DNA from: a virus
Lineage: Duplodnaviria > Caudoviricetes
Reading direction: 5' to 3' (one strand)
DNA length: 63,519 nt
IMG/VR virus record: IMGVR_UViG_3300022602_003808
Coordinates: 1-63,519 of that record
Position numbers and translations under genes: made by a program. The notes under the pieces were generated by a model, which ran no database searches, was not told the origin of the DNA, and saw nothing but the letters and a program-made list of their open reading frames with translations. Positions 38,456-47,451 of this stretch are shown one piece after another; positions within the stretch are counted from its first letter, which is position 1; each line of letters opens with the position of its first letter.

Positions 38456-38617
38456 ATGAACGACATTCCTGATCCTAAAAGACATAAAAACATTAGCATC
38501 ATTAAAAGCATTATCCGTATTATAGCAAGTACTTGTCTTTGCTTTGGTGCATTCTGGGTTACTGGTGTATTGCTAATTGTAGCAGAAATACTCGGTATTA
38601 TTGAAGAAATGGTATAA
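38456..38617 (+). CDS. 53-aa membrane protein (not in the ORF track)
   Basis: MNDIPDPKRHKNISIIKSIIRIIASTCLCFGAFWVTGVLLIVAEILGIIEEMV*; fills the gap after queE. Confidence 0.75.
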   Translation: MNDIPDPKRHKNISIIKSIIRIIASTCLCFGAFWVTGVLLIVAEILGIIEEMV

Positions 38618-38620
38618 TAT

Positions 38621-38848
38621 ATGAAACAAGAAATTAAATTTACATATACGTTAGAGCATACTAATGACGATATTAATGTCAGTGTGCCTCGTAAAATTGA
38701 AATTATATTTGACGGTCAAGCTGACTTAGAGGAACTAACAGAGCAGTTTAACGCTTTTGTTAAAGCTATAGGTTACAACCCGCCTCACAATTGTGTACTT
38801 GATTGGGTAGATGTCGAAACTGGTCAGCCACCTGAAGACGATGAATGA
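38621..38848 (+). CDS. Hypothetical protein
   Basis: Acidic 75-aa ORF. Confidence 0.7.
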   Translation: MKQEIKFTYTLEHTNDDINVSVPRKIEIIFDGQADLEELTEQFNAFVKAIGYNPPHNCVLDWVDVETGQPPEDDE

Positions 38849-38884
38849 GGTTGCTAATATCACTATAAAGCGTAAATTTTAAAA

Positions 38885-39601
38885 ATGAGTCACTCTAAAC
38901 TTAATAAAATCGGCATTATTGGTACACAATGCATTGGCAAATCTACATTGGTAGATGATATGATACTGCAATGGCCGCAATTATGTAAGTCACAAAAAAC
39001 GTACCGCGATCTTATTAAAGAAAAGAAACTACCTGTTAATAAAAACGGTACCAAAGAATCTCAACAAGCCATACTTAACTTTCTCGTTGATGAAGCAATG
39101 GCTAATTACGGCAATAAAAAAATGATTTTTGACCGTACACCTATTGATAATTTAGTTTATTCTTTATGGCTCTACGATAAGGGTGTAACAGATATTGATG
39201 AGGATTTTATTGATAAATCAATTATACAGGCTAAAGAAGCAATTAAATCTTACTCTATAATTTTCTATATTCCTCTCACTAAAGAAAATGACGTACTCCT
39301 TCAGATTAAAGAGAATAGAGATATTGATCCTATTTATCGCGGAGAAATAGCAGTACTATTTGATACTATTTATAGGGCCTGGGAATCTGGTGCTTCGCGT
39401 TTCTTTGATACTGAAGATCGCACACCTATTATACCTTTATACGGTACACCATTAGAGCGTATAGCAATGGCTAATCTTTATATTAACGAAAAATGTGAAT
39501 TTTTCGGTGAAGAAGATTCTTTAATTAAAGGAGATATTGCTGAACAACAAATGCTTGCTGACCAACTAGGATTAACGGATAAGAAACAGTTTAAATTGTA
39601 G
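38885..39601 (+). CDS. Second P-loop nucleotide kinase-like (AAA_28) protein
   Basis: GTQCIGKST and IFDRTPIDNLVYS. Confidence 0.8.
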   Translation: MSHSKLNKIGIIGTQCIGKSTLVDDMILQWPQLCKSQKTYRDLIKEKKLPVNKNGTKESQQAILNFLVDEAMANYGNKKMIFDRTPIDNLVYSLWLYDKGVTDIDEDFIDKSIIQAKEAIKSYSIIFYIPLTKENDVLLQIKENRDIDPIYRGEIAVLFDTIYRAWESGASRFFDTEDRTPIIPLYGTPLERIAMANLYINEKCEFFGEEDSLIKGDIAEQQMLADQLGLTDKKQFKL

Positions 39602-39616
39602 TAAGTATTGTATTAT

Positions 39617-40258
39617 ATGAAATTCGATGATGCTATTAACTATATTGCTGAGTCCACACTTAATGCGGAAATGGCTCGGCATAAAAATCTTGCTGTACTT
39701 GCAAGAGCAGCTGAACTTGAAAAGAAAGGTCTTTCACCTTCTACTGCAAAAGCTTACGCCTGGAAAGAATTAAGAGCTGGTAAGCTAGGTAGCTCTTCTG
39801 AACCAATAGCTGTTGAACCTGCAGCTGATGAACCATCGAAGCCTGTAGCAGGTTTTAAGCGCTCTACAGAAGCATTAAGAGCTAAAGAACAGGTTGAAGA
39901 CTTTTTAGAATTCAATCGTTCTGCTACTGCAGAAGATGTTGCTGTAGCTCTTGATCTTGATCCTGAATTAGTAAATTCAGTGTATGATGATGCTAAGAAT
40001 GAGATTAAAAATGTAAAAACTTCAGAACCCAGTGAAGAACCTGGTGAAGAAGAAGTAAAAGATCTCGAAAAAGATAAATTAGCTCGTATTAGAGATCAAA
40101 TTATGAAGCTACGCGGGCTCAAAGGCAAACACAAGCACGTAAAAGCACCAAAAGATATTGATGCATCTACAGATGATGATGAATTATCCCCAGCTGTTGA
40201 TCCTGACATTCAAGACTACGTAGGTCGTACTGGTGGTAGTGTTGATCAAGAAAATTAA
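39617..40258 (+). CDS. Hypothetical acidic late protein
   Basis: TAAGTA at 39602, then MKFDDAINYIAE. Confidence 0.7.
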   Translation: MKFDDAINYIAESTLNAEMARHKNLAVLARAAELEKKGLSPSTAKAYAWKELRAGKLGSSSEPIAVEPAADEPSKPVAGFKRSTEALRAKEQVEDFLEFNRSATAEDVAVALDLDPELVNSVYDDAKNEIKNVKTSEPSEEPGEEEVKDLEKDKLARIRDQIMKLRGLKGKHKHVKAPKDIDASTDDDELSPAVDPDIQDYVGRTGGSVDQEN

Positions 40259-40704
40259 AGATACTTTTCGGTAAGAATAATAAACTTCATACCTTTTTTA
40301 GCCGCGTAATCACTCGCGGCTTTCCATTTGGCTTGATTCTTGTGCCACATTAACTGTTCATACAACACAGTACTAGATTTCTTTTTAGTAGACTGCACTG
40401 GTGGTTGTGTTTGAGCGTGTGGTTTAAGTTCAATTAAATATTTTTGTACATTACCGTCTTTGTCCTTGATTGCTGCAATTAAGTCTACATAATAGTTGTG
40501 TACTTTATTATCTATTTCACTGTAATACGGTACAACAATGCCCTCGCTTGCCCAGGCGGTAACGTTAGAATTTTGATCAAAAAACAAAAAGAAGTCTCTT
40601 TCTAATGCAGATCTATAAACAGGATTCGACGAACCCATATATTTATTTTTATTAATAGGGTTATAAATTCCTTGAATAAACTTGCTATTTTTAGGGTACC
40701 CCAT
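40255..40704 (-). CDS. Head completion protein gp4 (TnsA-like fold)
   Basis: YNPINKNKY.G, YRSALE, WASE, YYVD, IELKP and NQAKWKAA. Confidence 0.92.
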   Translation of the reverse strand: MGYPKNSKFIQGIYNPINKNKYMGSSNPVYRSALERDFFLFFDQNSNVTAWASEGIVVPYYSEIDNKVHNYYVDLIAAIKDKDGNVQKYLIELKPHAQTQPPVQSTKKKSSTVLYEQLMWHKNQAKWKAASDYAAKKGMKFIILTEKYL

Positions 40705-40720
40705 ATACTATACTTACTTT

Positions 40721-41734
40721 ATGCTTATACCGCAAAATTTTGTAATACAAACATTCTTCCAATACGCGAAGAGACCTGTATACAAGAAAACCGCTAATAC
40801 ATATAATGCGGAATGCCCTTATTGCCACGAAGGTAAAAGTACGGGTAAAAAGCGTAGATTCTTTTACATACCGGAAGACGATCATTTGTTTTGTCATAAT
40901 TGCGGTGAAAGTAAAAACGGATTAGAGTTTGTTAAAGAAATGACCCATATGTCAGTTAGTGAGATACTAGCTGAATCCGGTAGTCACGCGGATACGGTTG
41001 AAGACTTAATTAAGAAGTCGGATTTTTATAAAAAGGCTAACCCCAACCCTTTACCGTACGATAGTATTAATTTATTCGATAGTAATCAGGTATCATTTTA
41101 TAAAGAAAACCAGGTAGTTAGGGATGCTCTTGAGTTTATCAATAAAAGACGCTTAGATACTGCTATTAATAAGCCTAAAACGCTTTGGATTAGCTTGACT
41201 GATATGACTCATAAGAATAGAGTAGTGTTTCCGTTCTACAACACTGAGGGTAAAATAGTAACTTATCAATCAAGAGCTTTATATAAAGAAGATGAAGATA
41301 GAGCAAAGTACCTTTCTAAAGTTAATAGCGATAAAGGTATATTTAATTTAGATAAAGTATCTTCTGATATAGATTATATATTCTTGCAAGAAGGACCTAT
41401 TGATGCTATGTTTTTGCGTAATAGTGTAGCATTAGCTGGTATACATCCTACAGAAGAACAATTAGAAATGTTGCAAAAAGCATACCCTATGCACAGCTTA
41501 GTCTATGTACTAGATAACCAATGGGTAGATAAAACTTCTTACAAAATAACTAAAGAACTTCTAGAAAGAGGTGAAACCGTGTTTATATGGCCTTCAGTAC
41601 CGTATAAAGATTTTAATGAAATGTGCATTGCTAATAACACTAGTAGTGTATCGATTGACTTCGTTCTACCTGACTGTCATAAAGGTATGAGAGGTTTAAT
41701 AGAATTTTCAAAAATTAAATGCAAACAAAATTAA
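40721..41734 (+). CDS. DNA primase gp61
   Basis: CPYC...FCHNCG Zn finger, EGPIDAMF and LDN. Start at 40721, after TTGCTA-16-TATACT. Confidence 0.95.
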   Translation: MLIPQNFVIQTFFQYAKRPVYKKTANTYNAECPYCHEGKSTGKKRRFFYIPEDDHLFCHNCGESKNGLEFVKEMTHMSVSEILAESGSHADTVEDLIKKSDFYKKANPNPLPYDSINLFDSNQVSFYKENQVVRDALEFINKRRLDTAINKPKTLWISLTDMTHKNRVVFPFYNTEGKIVTYQSRALYKEDEDRAKYLSKVNSDKGIFNLDKVSSDIDYIFLQEGPIDAMFLRNSVALAGIHPTEEQLEMLQKAYPMHSLVYVLDNQWVDKTSYKITKELLERGETVFIWPSVPYKDFNEMCIANNTSSVSIDFVLPDCHKGMRGLIEFSKIKCKQN

Positions 41735-41766
41735 TAGCAGTAACACAACCGAGACGTTTAAAGTAA

Positions 41767-42483
41767 TTAACGAGAGCTAATTTTGCTTGTAGCGTCGTGA
41801 ATCTTCTTACCAGAGCTTGTAACTACTGTTTTGAATAGTTCTGCTAAGCCGCGTAAGTTTTCTGCTAATTTAGTAATACGCTTTTCTTCACGACGGACAA
41901 TACCTTTAAAAGGAATTGAGTTACGCATTTCTAGCGCATTAATTTGAGCATTTAAACTTTCTTCATCAGTACCGTTAATGAATGTTGCCATATCATCAAG
42001 CTTTTTGATCCATTGACGTGCTTTTTCAACACCTTCTGTATCTAACTTTAATGATGGGTTAGATTCTGAGTCAAACTTACTATGATCTGTATCTTTGTCT
42101 AAAGTCTTTTTCCAGGCTGCCTCTCCATCTGGTTCGGGTGTAGGAGCAGGAGTCGGTGCTGGTTTAGCTTCCATACCTAAGCTTGCACCGTAAAAGTTTT
42201 CTGCAATTTTTTCAGCTTTTGAAGTTGCAATAGCACCACGAATGTCCTTACCATAACGCTTTTCAATATCTTTCTTGGGTAAACCTTTATAAATTTTATT
42301 GCGCTCAGCTTTTTGAGCTGCAGTCATATGTTTTTCTTCTTTTACAGGAAAAGTCTTGCCGCCAAGCTTGAATTCCTTTTTACCAGCTTCTTTTGCTTTT
42401 TGATCTTTAAAGTGCATAACACCAGCACCTTCTTTATCTAGGGATTCATTAAATGCATCTTGGAACAAATTCTTCATATACAT
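41767..42483 (-). CDS. Hypothetical late protein
   Basis: TAAATA upstream. Contains AKEAGKKEFKLGGKTFPVKE and a GAIATSKA segment, typical of T4-like head-associated proteins. Confidence 0.7.
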   Translation of the reverse strand: MYMKNLFQDAFNESLDKEGAGVMHFKDQKAKEAGKKEFKLGGKTFPVKEEKHMTAAQKAERNKIYKGLPKKDIEKRYGKDIRGAIATSKAEKIAENFYGASLGMEAKPAPTPAPTPEPDGEAAWKKTLDKDTDHSKFDSESNPSLKLDTEGVEKARQWIKKLDDMATFINGTDEESLNAQINALEMRNSIPFKGIVRREEKRITKLAENLRGLAELFKTVVTSSGKKIHDATSKISSR

Positions 42484-42534
42484 TATTTACTACTTTTTTA
42501 TTGAATTTCTATAAATCTACACTATTATAACTAT

Positions 42535-43257
42535 ATGTCAAAAGCACTAGTCATATTATCAGGCGGTATGGATAGTACCGTATTATTACATTATGTAACT
42601 AAGACTCTTAGTTATGATGAAGTTTATGCTGTAACGTTTAACTACGGGCAACGGATTGCTAGAGAGATTGATTGTGCTAGATTCCAAGCTAAAGTGTGTA
42701 GTGTTAAAGAACATAAAGTTATTGATATGGATTTCTTTAGAGATATCTCTACGATGTCAGCTTTAACTAATACAGACTTGAAAATACCTAAAGCTAAAGA
42801 TGATATTGGTAATGCACAACCTTTAAGCTATGTCCCGTTCAGAAACCTATTACTATTAACAAGTGCAGCAGGTTGGGCTGAATCTATTAATGCACAAGAC
42901 CTGTTTTATGGTGCAGTAGAAGTCGACGATCACAGTGGCTATTGGGATTGCACGACAATGTTTCTAAATAAAGTTAATGACATTTACGGTCTTAATCGCA
43001 AGAATACTATTAAAGTTAATGCGCCGTTTATGCGCTATTCTAAAGAGGAAGTAATTAAGACCGGTATTGACTTACAGGTAGACTTTAGACAAACACACAC
43101 CTGTTATGAAGGTACTGATCCTGCTTGTGGAGAATGTGTGTCGTGTGCTGCACGTATTAAAGGTTTTATTGACAACAAAGCTATTGATCCTATTAAATAT
43201 TCACGTAATATTCCTTGGGAACAATATGATTGCAAACCTTTAACCTATTTAACATAA
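42535..43257 (+). CDS. queC: 7-cyano-7-deazaguanine synthase
   Basis: SGGMDST, YGQR, YVPFRN and CY...CGECVSC..R. Promoter TTGAAT-16-TATTAT. Confidence 0.96.
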   Translation: MSKALVILSGGMDSTVLLHYVTKTLSYDEVYAVTFNYGQRIAREIDCARFQAKVCSVKEHKVIDMDFFRDISTMSALTNTDLKIPKAKDDIGNAQPLSYVPFRNLLLLTSAAGWAESINAQDLFYGAVEVDDHSGYWDCTTMFLNKVNDIYGLNRKNTIKVNAPFMRYSKEEVIKTGIDLQVDFRQTHTCYEGTDPACGECVSCAARIKGFIDNKAIDPIKYSRNIPWEQYDCKPLTYLT

Positions 43258-43258
43258 T

Positions 43259-43915
43259 ATGTGCGGTATAGCTGGTTCAAAATATAAAGATAAAGCTTTT
43301 AATTTATACAAAGATAATCTTGCAAGAGGTTATTATAGTTCAGGTGCATTAACATTAGACTCTAATGACCAATACCACGTACACAAAACTGAAGGTATTT
43401 TTAATGAACCTATAGACTGTTTTAACCCGCCGGGTATAGACACTCGCGGTCGTTACTTTTTATATCATTCCCGTGGCCCTACTGTTGAAACAAAATCATT
43501 TGAAGCGATAAACAATCACCCGTTCATTTATGGTGATTGGATAGTGGCTCATAACGGTATTATCAGTAATTTTGAGAGTTTATGTAGAGAGTATTTTCCT
43601 GACGAAGATTTTACCGGTAGGACAGACAGCTGTATTATACCGCGTATGTTAGAAATAAAGATAAAAGTATCAGAAGCTATGGAATCTCTTAAAGGTACAT
43701 ATGCTATATGGGCTTTTAATAGCAAACACAAAAAAACCTATTTAGCTAGAAGTGCAAGTACACTATTTGCAAATCCAATTACGGGATGTTTTTCGTCTAC
43801 TGAATTTGAAGGTAGTGAATCCTTAAACGAGGGGATTGTTTATGCAATACAGGATTACGATTGTATAGTGCCTGCTGGGAGATTTAAGCATAAATCTCCG
43901 TACTTTATATTCTAA
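43259..43915 (+). CDS. Stand-alone class II (Ntn) glutamine amidotransferase
   Basis: N-terminal MCGIAG, ARG, HSR.PT, NHPF, AHNG and TDS. Confidence 0.9.
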   Translation: MCGIAGSKYKDKAFNLYKDNLARGYYSSGALTLDSNDQYHVHKTEGIFNEPIDCFNPPGIDTRGRYFLYHSRGPTVETKSFEAINNHPFIYGDWIVAHNGIISNFESLCREYFPDEDFTGRTDSCIIPRMLEIKIKVSEAMESLKGTYAIWAFNSKHKKTYLARSASTLFANPITGCFSSTEFEGSESLNEGIVYAIQDYDCIVPAGRFKHKSPYFIF

Positions 43916-43923
43916 GTATAATT

Positions 43924-44295
43924 ATGCCTTCAAAAAAGACTACGCCCGATCGTAATACAGCTATAGACTATATCAATAGAGATATAGTAAACGTAAAGGA
44001 AGATCTTGCTAATATTAGCAAAATTGTACGAGATGGAAATGGACATCCGAGTCTGATGCAACAGGTCGCGACCATTAATAGCGATTTATTACATTTAAGA
44101 TCTGAACTTGATAGTAAGATAACAGAAACACGAGAGTATATACAGGCCGTACACGACGAATTACAAATTTCAGTTAATAAGTGTGATGCTAAACATAAAG
44201 AAAAGCAAGGCCTACATTGGCATATGCAAACAGCTATTTGGGTTGCGTTAATTAGTAGTGTTACTGATTTGTTAATTCATTTTTTCGGAAAATAG
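43924..44295 (+). CDS. Coiled-coil protein with C-terminal TM helix (holin-like?)
   Basis: TAAGTA upstream and a hydrophobic C-terminus. Confidence 0.55.
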   Translation: MPSKKTTPDRNTAIDYINRDIVNVKEDLANISKIVRDGNGHPSLMQQVATINSDLLHLRSELDSKITETREYIQAVHDELQISVNKCDAKHKEKQGLHWHMQTAIWVALISSVTDLLIHFFGK

Positions 44296-44337
44296 TAGTA
44301 GATTTATTTTTATAAACCTTTATACTGTAAGCACTAT

Positions 44338-44598
44338 ATGAAAGGCTTACAGTTAAATACAGAAGAAAAACAACTACTAGTAGAGTCATTGCTTTTTACA
44401 GCAAGTTGTGATATCTGTTCTGATCATACCCCGGTACATCGCAAGCGTATGCTTGATTTGGCTGAGAGAATTAATGATAAGAACATTAAGCTGCACAATA
44501 TTTTTATATACGAAACTGGCGTTAGTGATGACTTTACTGTTGATGAATTAAACAATAGAATTCCTAACATACCACGCCAAACAGTTATTAAAGACTAA
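44338..44598 (+). CDS. Hypothetical protein
   Basis: 86 aa; promoter TAGATT-16-TATACT. Confidence 0.7.
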   Translation: MKGLQLNTEEKQLLVESLLFTASCDICSDHTPVHRKRMLDLAERINDKNIKLHNIFIYETGVSDDFTVDELNNRIPNIPRQTVIKD

Positions 44599-45281
44599 TG
44601 AACGTTTATATTAGTTTTTGTTCTACAGCTACCTCTTACTCAGATCTTAAAAACAGAAGTAAATTTACCATTCTGAATAGTGAGAGTTTAGAAAATGTTA
44701 AAACTACAAACGGAGCTTTTAATAATAAAACTGCTATTGCTAAAATTTACAATTCATATATTGATTCTCATAAAGATGAAGATTGTATTTTGGTACTAGC
44801 ACACGATGACGTTGTTATTATTGATAAAAACTGGATAGAGAAATTAAATCAAGCCTTAAATCAATACGACGTGGTAGGACTGGCGGGCGGTACAAATGCA
44901 GCTATTAGAGAGCCCGCGCTTTGGCATATAATGTGCCCTAAAGACTGCTTAAGTGGAGATGTACAACATTTAGCCCCTAACGGTAAAGCGTTCAATACCC
45001 ATTTTGGTAAAAACGGAAGAGTGTTGCTATTGGATGGTTTATTTTTAGCATTTAACCCTAAAAAGATAGCTGCAGCCGGAGCAAAATTTGATGAGACCTG
45101 CCCGGCTAAGTTTCATTTCTATGATTTAGATTTTAGTTTAACTTGCAATAAAAATAAATTAAAACTAGGAACTACAAATATTGAAGTCGTACATACTTCT
45201 CCGGGATTGAAATCTTTTACGGATGATTGGCTTGCAGGACAAAAATGGTTTTTAGACAAAGCAAGATCTGGACAATATTAA
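44598..45281 (+). CDS. GT-A glycosyltransferase-like protein
   Basis: AKIYN, LAHDDV, VGLAG, LDGLFLA and FHFYDLDFSL. Confidence 0.82.
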   Translation: MNVYISFCSTATSYSDLKNRSKFTILNSESLENVKTTNGAFNNKTAIAKIYNSYIDSHKDEDCILVLAHDDVVIIDKNWIEKLNQALNQYDVVGLAGGTNAAIREPALWHIMCPKDCLSGDVQHLAPNGKAFNTHFGKNGRVLLLDGLFLAFNPKKIAAAGAKFDETCPAKFHFYDLDFSLTCNKNKLKLGTTNIEVVHTSPGLKSFTDDWLAGQKWFLDKARSGQY

Positions 45282-45302
45282 TTTTTATAATACAATACTA
45301 CT

Positions 45303-45884
45303 ATGATTATCAAAGACCAAACTATCTATAACGGCGATTTTATTCACAAGCGTTTTGCTTATAAGTATTTTAGAGATAAGACTCTAGCTGTAGGTAACAT
45401 TGTTAGCTATGTCGCGCCTGTAGAAGTTACAATAAACCTTATTGACTTAGAGGATTCTCTAGAGAAAGATTATATCTATAGTGATTCTATGATTAACTTC
45501 TGTTGGGAAATACCTAACTTAGATCCATTCGGTGCAGTTTGTTTTCAGCGCCTGTTTAATACAGCAATTGCTAATATTTTACACACTTATATTAAGAAAC
45601 CTATCGAAATGAAAGGCGATGACTTAATTGTACACGCTGAACATAATCAAGGCGGTATTGTACAACAGAAAGGTAAAGCTTCAGTTAGCATTACATACTC
45701 TAAAGACAATGTAGCTATTGGCCACACCGGTATTAATATTAGTGCTGGTAAGAAAGCTCCTGCTTTTGCGTTTAGTACTAACCTTTCACCTACAGATGCT
45801 GAGAAGTTTCAATTACAGGTACATCAACAATTCTATCAAATGGTAGACAATATATTTGTAGCTACTGCTAAGGTAATTGTTTAA
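45303..45884 (+). CDS. DUF366-family protein (biotin/lipoate ligase-like fold)
   Basis: YNG..IH..FAY, LIDLED, IYSDSMINF, FQRL, GDDL, KASVSI and GHTGIN. Confidence 0.75.
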   Translation: MIIKDQTIYNGDFIHKRFAYKYFRDKTLAVGNIVSYVAPVEVTINLIDLEDSLEKDYIYSDSMINFCWEIPNLDPFGAVCFQRLFNTAIANILHTYIKKPIEMKGDDLIVHAEHNQGGIVQQKGKASVSITYSKDNVAIGHTGINISAGKKAPAFAFSTNLSPTDAEKFQLQVHQQFYQMVDNIFVATAKVIV

Positions 45885-46276
45885 TGTTTGATTCAATAAA
45901 CAGAGTACTTTATAAGACTAAAGGTTTTGATACTAGTAACATTAACGAGAGTAAGGAATTTCAACCATTCCTTATTCAACGTTGGTGTTCTATGTATTCA
46001 GCACCTATAGCTCATATTGTTAATGAAACTACTAACAGATATTGGAAGTGTTTTGAGAACAATAACGACTGGTTTACTGCTTTAGATACTGTTATCCCGG
46101 CCTGTAAATTCAAGCGGATTAGTTATATTAAAAAAACTAAAAAAGAAGCAGTAAAGAAGAGTAACGAAAACCTTTTAAAGATTGCAAATAACCTTGAAAT
46201 TTCCAGTAGAGAGGTAAATCAGTATATAGAGCAATTTAATTTAAAAATTCCAAATGAAGAAAAATCTACAACATAA
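45884..46276 (+). CDS. Possible clamp-loader small subunit gp62-like protein
   Basis: FQPFLIQRWCSM..VNETN and IP..K..ISYIKK pattern. Confidence 0.5.
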   Translation: MFDSINRVLYKTKGFDTSNINESKEFQPFLIQRWCSMYSAPIAHIVNETTNRYWKCFENNNDWFTALDTVIPACKFKRISYIKKTKKEAVKKSNENLLKIANNLEISSREVNQYIEQFNLKIPNEEKSTT

Positions 46277-46706
46277 ACTTGAAAGAGACTTAAAACAGTA
46301 CGACAAAGTTGATCGTGAAAAAGCTCTTCAAGCCAACGAAGATATTGAAACAGATAATGTAAAAGGTTTAGTACAGCTCGATAATTATGCTGGATCTGAT
46401 ATTAATCTCAGTGACTGGAGATTAGACTCGCTTTTAGATGATATTATGATGTGCCAATTTGCAGATTGTAATGAAGATAACACTCAGATTATGAGAGACG
46501 GTATTTTTGTACCGGTTAATATGGTGCAATCTGCTTGGCGCGTTGCTAAAGTTATTATAGCGGGTCCTCGCTGTAAAACCAAGGTAGGTGAGCACGTAAT
46601 TTTTCCAAGTAACTTTGGAATTAAATGTGCTAAAATGAACGGGTTAAAAAACATTGTATTTCTTAACGAAGAACGTATTTTTGGCAGGGCAACTCCTGCT
46701 AAGTAA
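46254..46706 (+). CDS. GroES-like co-chaperonin (gp31-like)
   Basis: GIFVP, AKVIIAGP, KVGEHVIF and FLNEERIFG. Confidence 0.8.
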   Translation: MKKNLQHKLERDLKQYDKVDREKALQANEDIETDNVKGLVQLDNYAGSDINLSDWRLDSLLDDIMMCQFADCNEDNTQIMRDGIFVPVNMVQSAWRVAKVIIAGPRCKTKVGEHVIFPSNFGIKCAKMNGLKNIVFLNEERIFGRATPAK

Positions 46707-46711
46707 TATGG

Positions 46712-47086
46712 ATGTCCCCGGGTACATTAATTCAAATACTAAACACTCACGCTGTAGAGCTTAAATTTACAAGGCGTAGACCTTTACCTGGTATGTCATT
46801 TCGTAGAATGCTTGCAACTAACGACACCGATTTACTTAACAGTACGCCGGGTCGTTTGGCGCTTAATTTTCACGGAGCTCCGGGTAGATTAAAATTCAGC
46901 CCTGAACAAAAAGGATTGGTTATGACCTGGGATATATTTTTACAAGATTTTCGGTTAATACCAGCAGAGTCTGTAGAAATTGTAAGTGTAATTAGAACCT
47001 CTCCACCCGAAGAGTTTTGGAATTATTTTAATAACGTCTTATCAAAAATGCCAGAAACTCAAAAAGTGGAGTTTATGCACGTATGA
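46712..47086 (+). CDS. Hypothetical protein (possible SH3/WYL-like barrel)
   Basis: VELKFTRR...RRMLAT...WDI...FR pattern. Confidence 0.55.
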   Translation: MSPGTLIQILNTHAVELKFTRRRPLPGMSFRRMLATNDTDLLNSTPGRLALNFHGAPGRLKFSPEQKGLVMTWDIFLQDFRLIPAESVEIVSVIRTSPPEEFWNYFNNVLSKMPETQKVEFMHV

Positions 47087-47415
47087 CCGAAAAAATAGAT
47101 AATTTAATTAAGCCTTATTTACAAAAAAATATAGCTTTTACTTTTAAGCATAAAACATACAAAAGCGGAAAGCTTCTCTTATACAAGCTTTCAGGCAATT
47201 ACCTGTCTTTTGTAATAGTTAATGAAAAAAAGAAAGAAACCTTTGAAATACCGTTTCCGTACTCAGTAGAAGGAGATCTATCCAAACTACAATTTGATTA
47301 TAGATTGGATACACTAGCAGAAAACGACTTTGAATTGCTTATTGCATTAAGAGGTGTTACAAAGGTAAAAAATAGTCGGTTTTACGATAGTGTTTTAACG
47401 ATTTCAGCCTTGTAA
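47083..47415 (+). CDS. Hypothetical protein
   Basis: 110-aa ORF. Confidence 0.65.
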   Translation: MTEKIDNLIKPYLQKNIAFTFKHKTYKSGKLLLYKLSGNYLSFVIVNEKKKETFEIPFPYSVEGDLSKLQFDYRLDTLAENDFELLIALRGVTKVKNSRFYDSVLTISAL

Positions 47416-47451
47416 TTTTAAGATAGTACCGTATACTCTATCTTTTATTAA

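Noticed and set aside
40255-40704. TnsA-like transposase / Tn7 element
   Set aside because: Matches T4 gp4 head-completion motifs, has a late promoter, and no tnsB/C is present.
10513-43257. Queuosine tRNA modification as the purpose of the que genes
   Set aside because: No queA or queG/H is visible. The TGT-fold protein lacks the C-terminal Zn site and is coupled to DNA polymerase. Not formally excluded.
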